Below, in pieces: positions 62,990 through 64,000 of a DNA stretch of 64,000 bases. Position 1 is the stretch's first letter. Each line of letters begins with the position of its first letter. Under the pieces are notes generated by a model that had not been told where the DNA came from, did no database searches, and saw only the letters and a list, made by a program, of their open reading frames with translations. Location of the stretch: NCBI RefSeq assembly GCF_032062105.1, contig NW_026937591.1:1-64000 (forward strand), in the 5' to 3' direction. This stretch comes from Saccostrea cucullata (Eukaryota). The position numbers and the translations under genes are program-made.

Positions 62990-63451
62990 TTAATCAAAGA
63001 ATTCAGAAATTGAATCTGCATGTCCACCATTAACGACAGATTCTGTTAACTTTCTATCGCAAACAAAACCAACAGGAAGTTCCTTGACATCTTGTCGAAG
63101 ATCATAACTGCCATCACATTTTGGTACTAACTGCATAACATTGAATCGTTTCTTTTCCTGCCTACATTCGTTGTGTACGTTCGATTCACATTCCGTACTG
63201 TTGAGTTTCTGTGCTTTATAGATAACCATTGGTATTCTGTTTTCATCAACATCCGGTATCCATACCCATGAACAGGGACCACTTCCGGTTTGAGTGGGAC
63301 ACCTGTTGGCTTCAGCAACCATCTTTGAAATTCTTTCAAGAGACGACAATGGAAAGGTTATTCTTTGAGATTCTTGACCAGAAACTTGTTGAATGGAATG
63401 ACGTGTCACTCCTCCGGCAAGGAAGACAAATAGAATTGCAGATGTGATAAT
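62990..63451 (-). CDS. Interleukin-17-like protein, copy 3 (main coding exon)
   Basis: Open frame from the acceptor, IITSAILFVFLAG signal-like segment, PCSW..DVDENRIP (closest to the canonical DxNRIP) and LPVGFVC. Confidence 0.72.
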   Translation of the reverse strand: MITSAILFVFLAGGVTRHSIQQVSGQESQRITFPLSSLERISKMVAEANRCPTQTGSGPCSWVWIPDVDENRIPMVIYKAQKLNSTECESNVHNECRQEKKRFNVMQLVPKCDGSYDLRQDVKELPVGFVCDRKLTESVVNGGHADSISEFFD

Positions 63452-63746
63452 CTGAAAAAAGGATATTTATGTTTAATGGAATGTTATGAGTTTGTTTGAT
63501 AAATGCCTCTGTGAATATCCACGCATATCTTAATTATATTAATCAGTTTGATCTCTTATACTAATACTTAATTTAATCGATAAACATAACAGGATTGGAC
63601 TGCCTTCATAAGTCCTCTCAAAAATACTTTAAGAAATAACAAAATACTTACCGAAGTATGGGTTTAATTTTGGACATGAACATTCATTTAAGAATTAAAT
63701 TTTGTTTGCACCACAGTGTATTTTGGGGGAAATATTTTGCAATTAA

Positions 63747-63961
63747 CGAGGCTGGGGGGTGGCAGCCATTTTCAGACTATTTCTATCTCCTTTAAAAGGA
63801 GAGCTCCATATAAAGATATAGAAAATTATCAAAATTTAAAACTAAAATTTATGATTTTTTTCTTTGTCAAATGAATGTTGACAGCTCAAGATACCATATC
63901 TAAAAAAATAAGTTAAATCTGGTGGTTACTTTGTGGTTAAATTGTTGACCCCCCAGCCTCC
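63747..63961. mobile_element. 215-bp Kolobok-like MITE in the upstream exon of IL-17-like copy 3
   Basis: TTAA|CGAGGCTGGGGGGT ... ACCCCCCAGCCTCC|TTAA; empty CAATTAAAGCAGC in copies 1 and 2. Confidence 0.88.
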
Positions 63962-64000
63962 TTAAAGCAGCTGTATTTTAAGATATTTTTTTCGTATTTC

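Overview
AT-rich animal DNA with GT-AG introns, most likely an oyster (Ostreidae), judged from Cg170-like satellite-bearing Helentron elements. The window is a tandem segmental-duplication array. Each unit carries a + strand BTB-BACK-PHR (BTBD3/6-like) gene and a convergent - strand divergent IL-17-like cytokine gene. There are three BTB copies: A has lost its PHR domain, B has a single homopolymer frameshift, and C is a pseudogene. There are three IL-17-like copies plus a fragment. Many nested transposons are inserted, and the paralogous units show several of their empty sites. They include a dead Harbinger (13749-21012) holding an apparently intact spliced Crypton tyrosine-recombinase gene, an EnSpm-like element inside a mariner MITE inside a PIF-like MITE, TTAA Kolobok-like MITEs, HINEs and a decayed Gypsy LTR retrotransposon. 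The best candidates for something new are three. (1) The Gypsy element appears to carry, where env would be and behind a splice acceptor, a third ORF encoding zinc fingers plus a KCTD-type BTB domain. (2) The IL-17-like family lacks one matched cystine-knot cysteine pair, and one copy has a C-terminal membrane-anchor-like tail. (3) The autonomous Crypton and three non-coding elements share a long terminal-hairpin architecture. All calls come from reading the sequence by eye; no searches or alignments were run.
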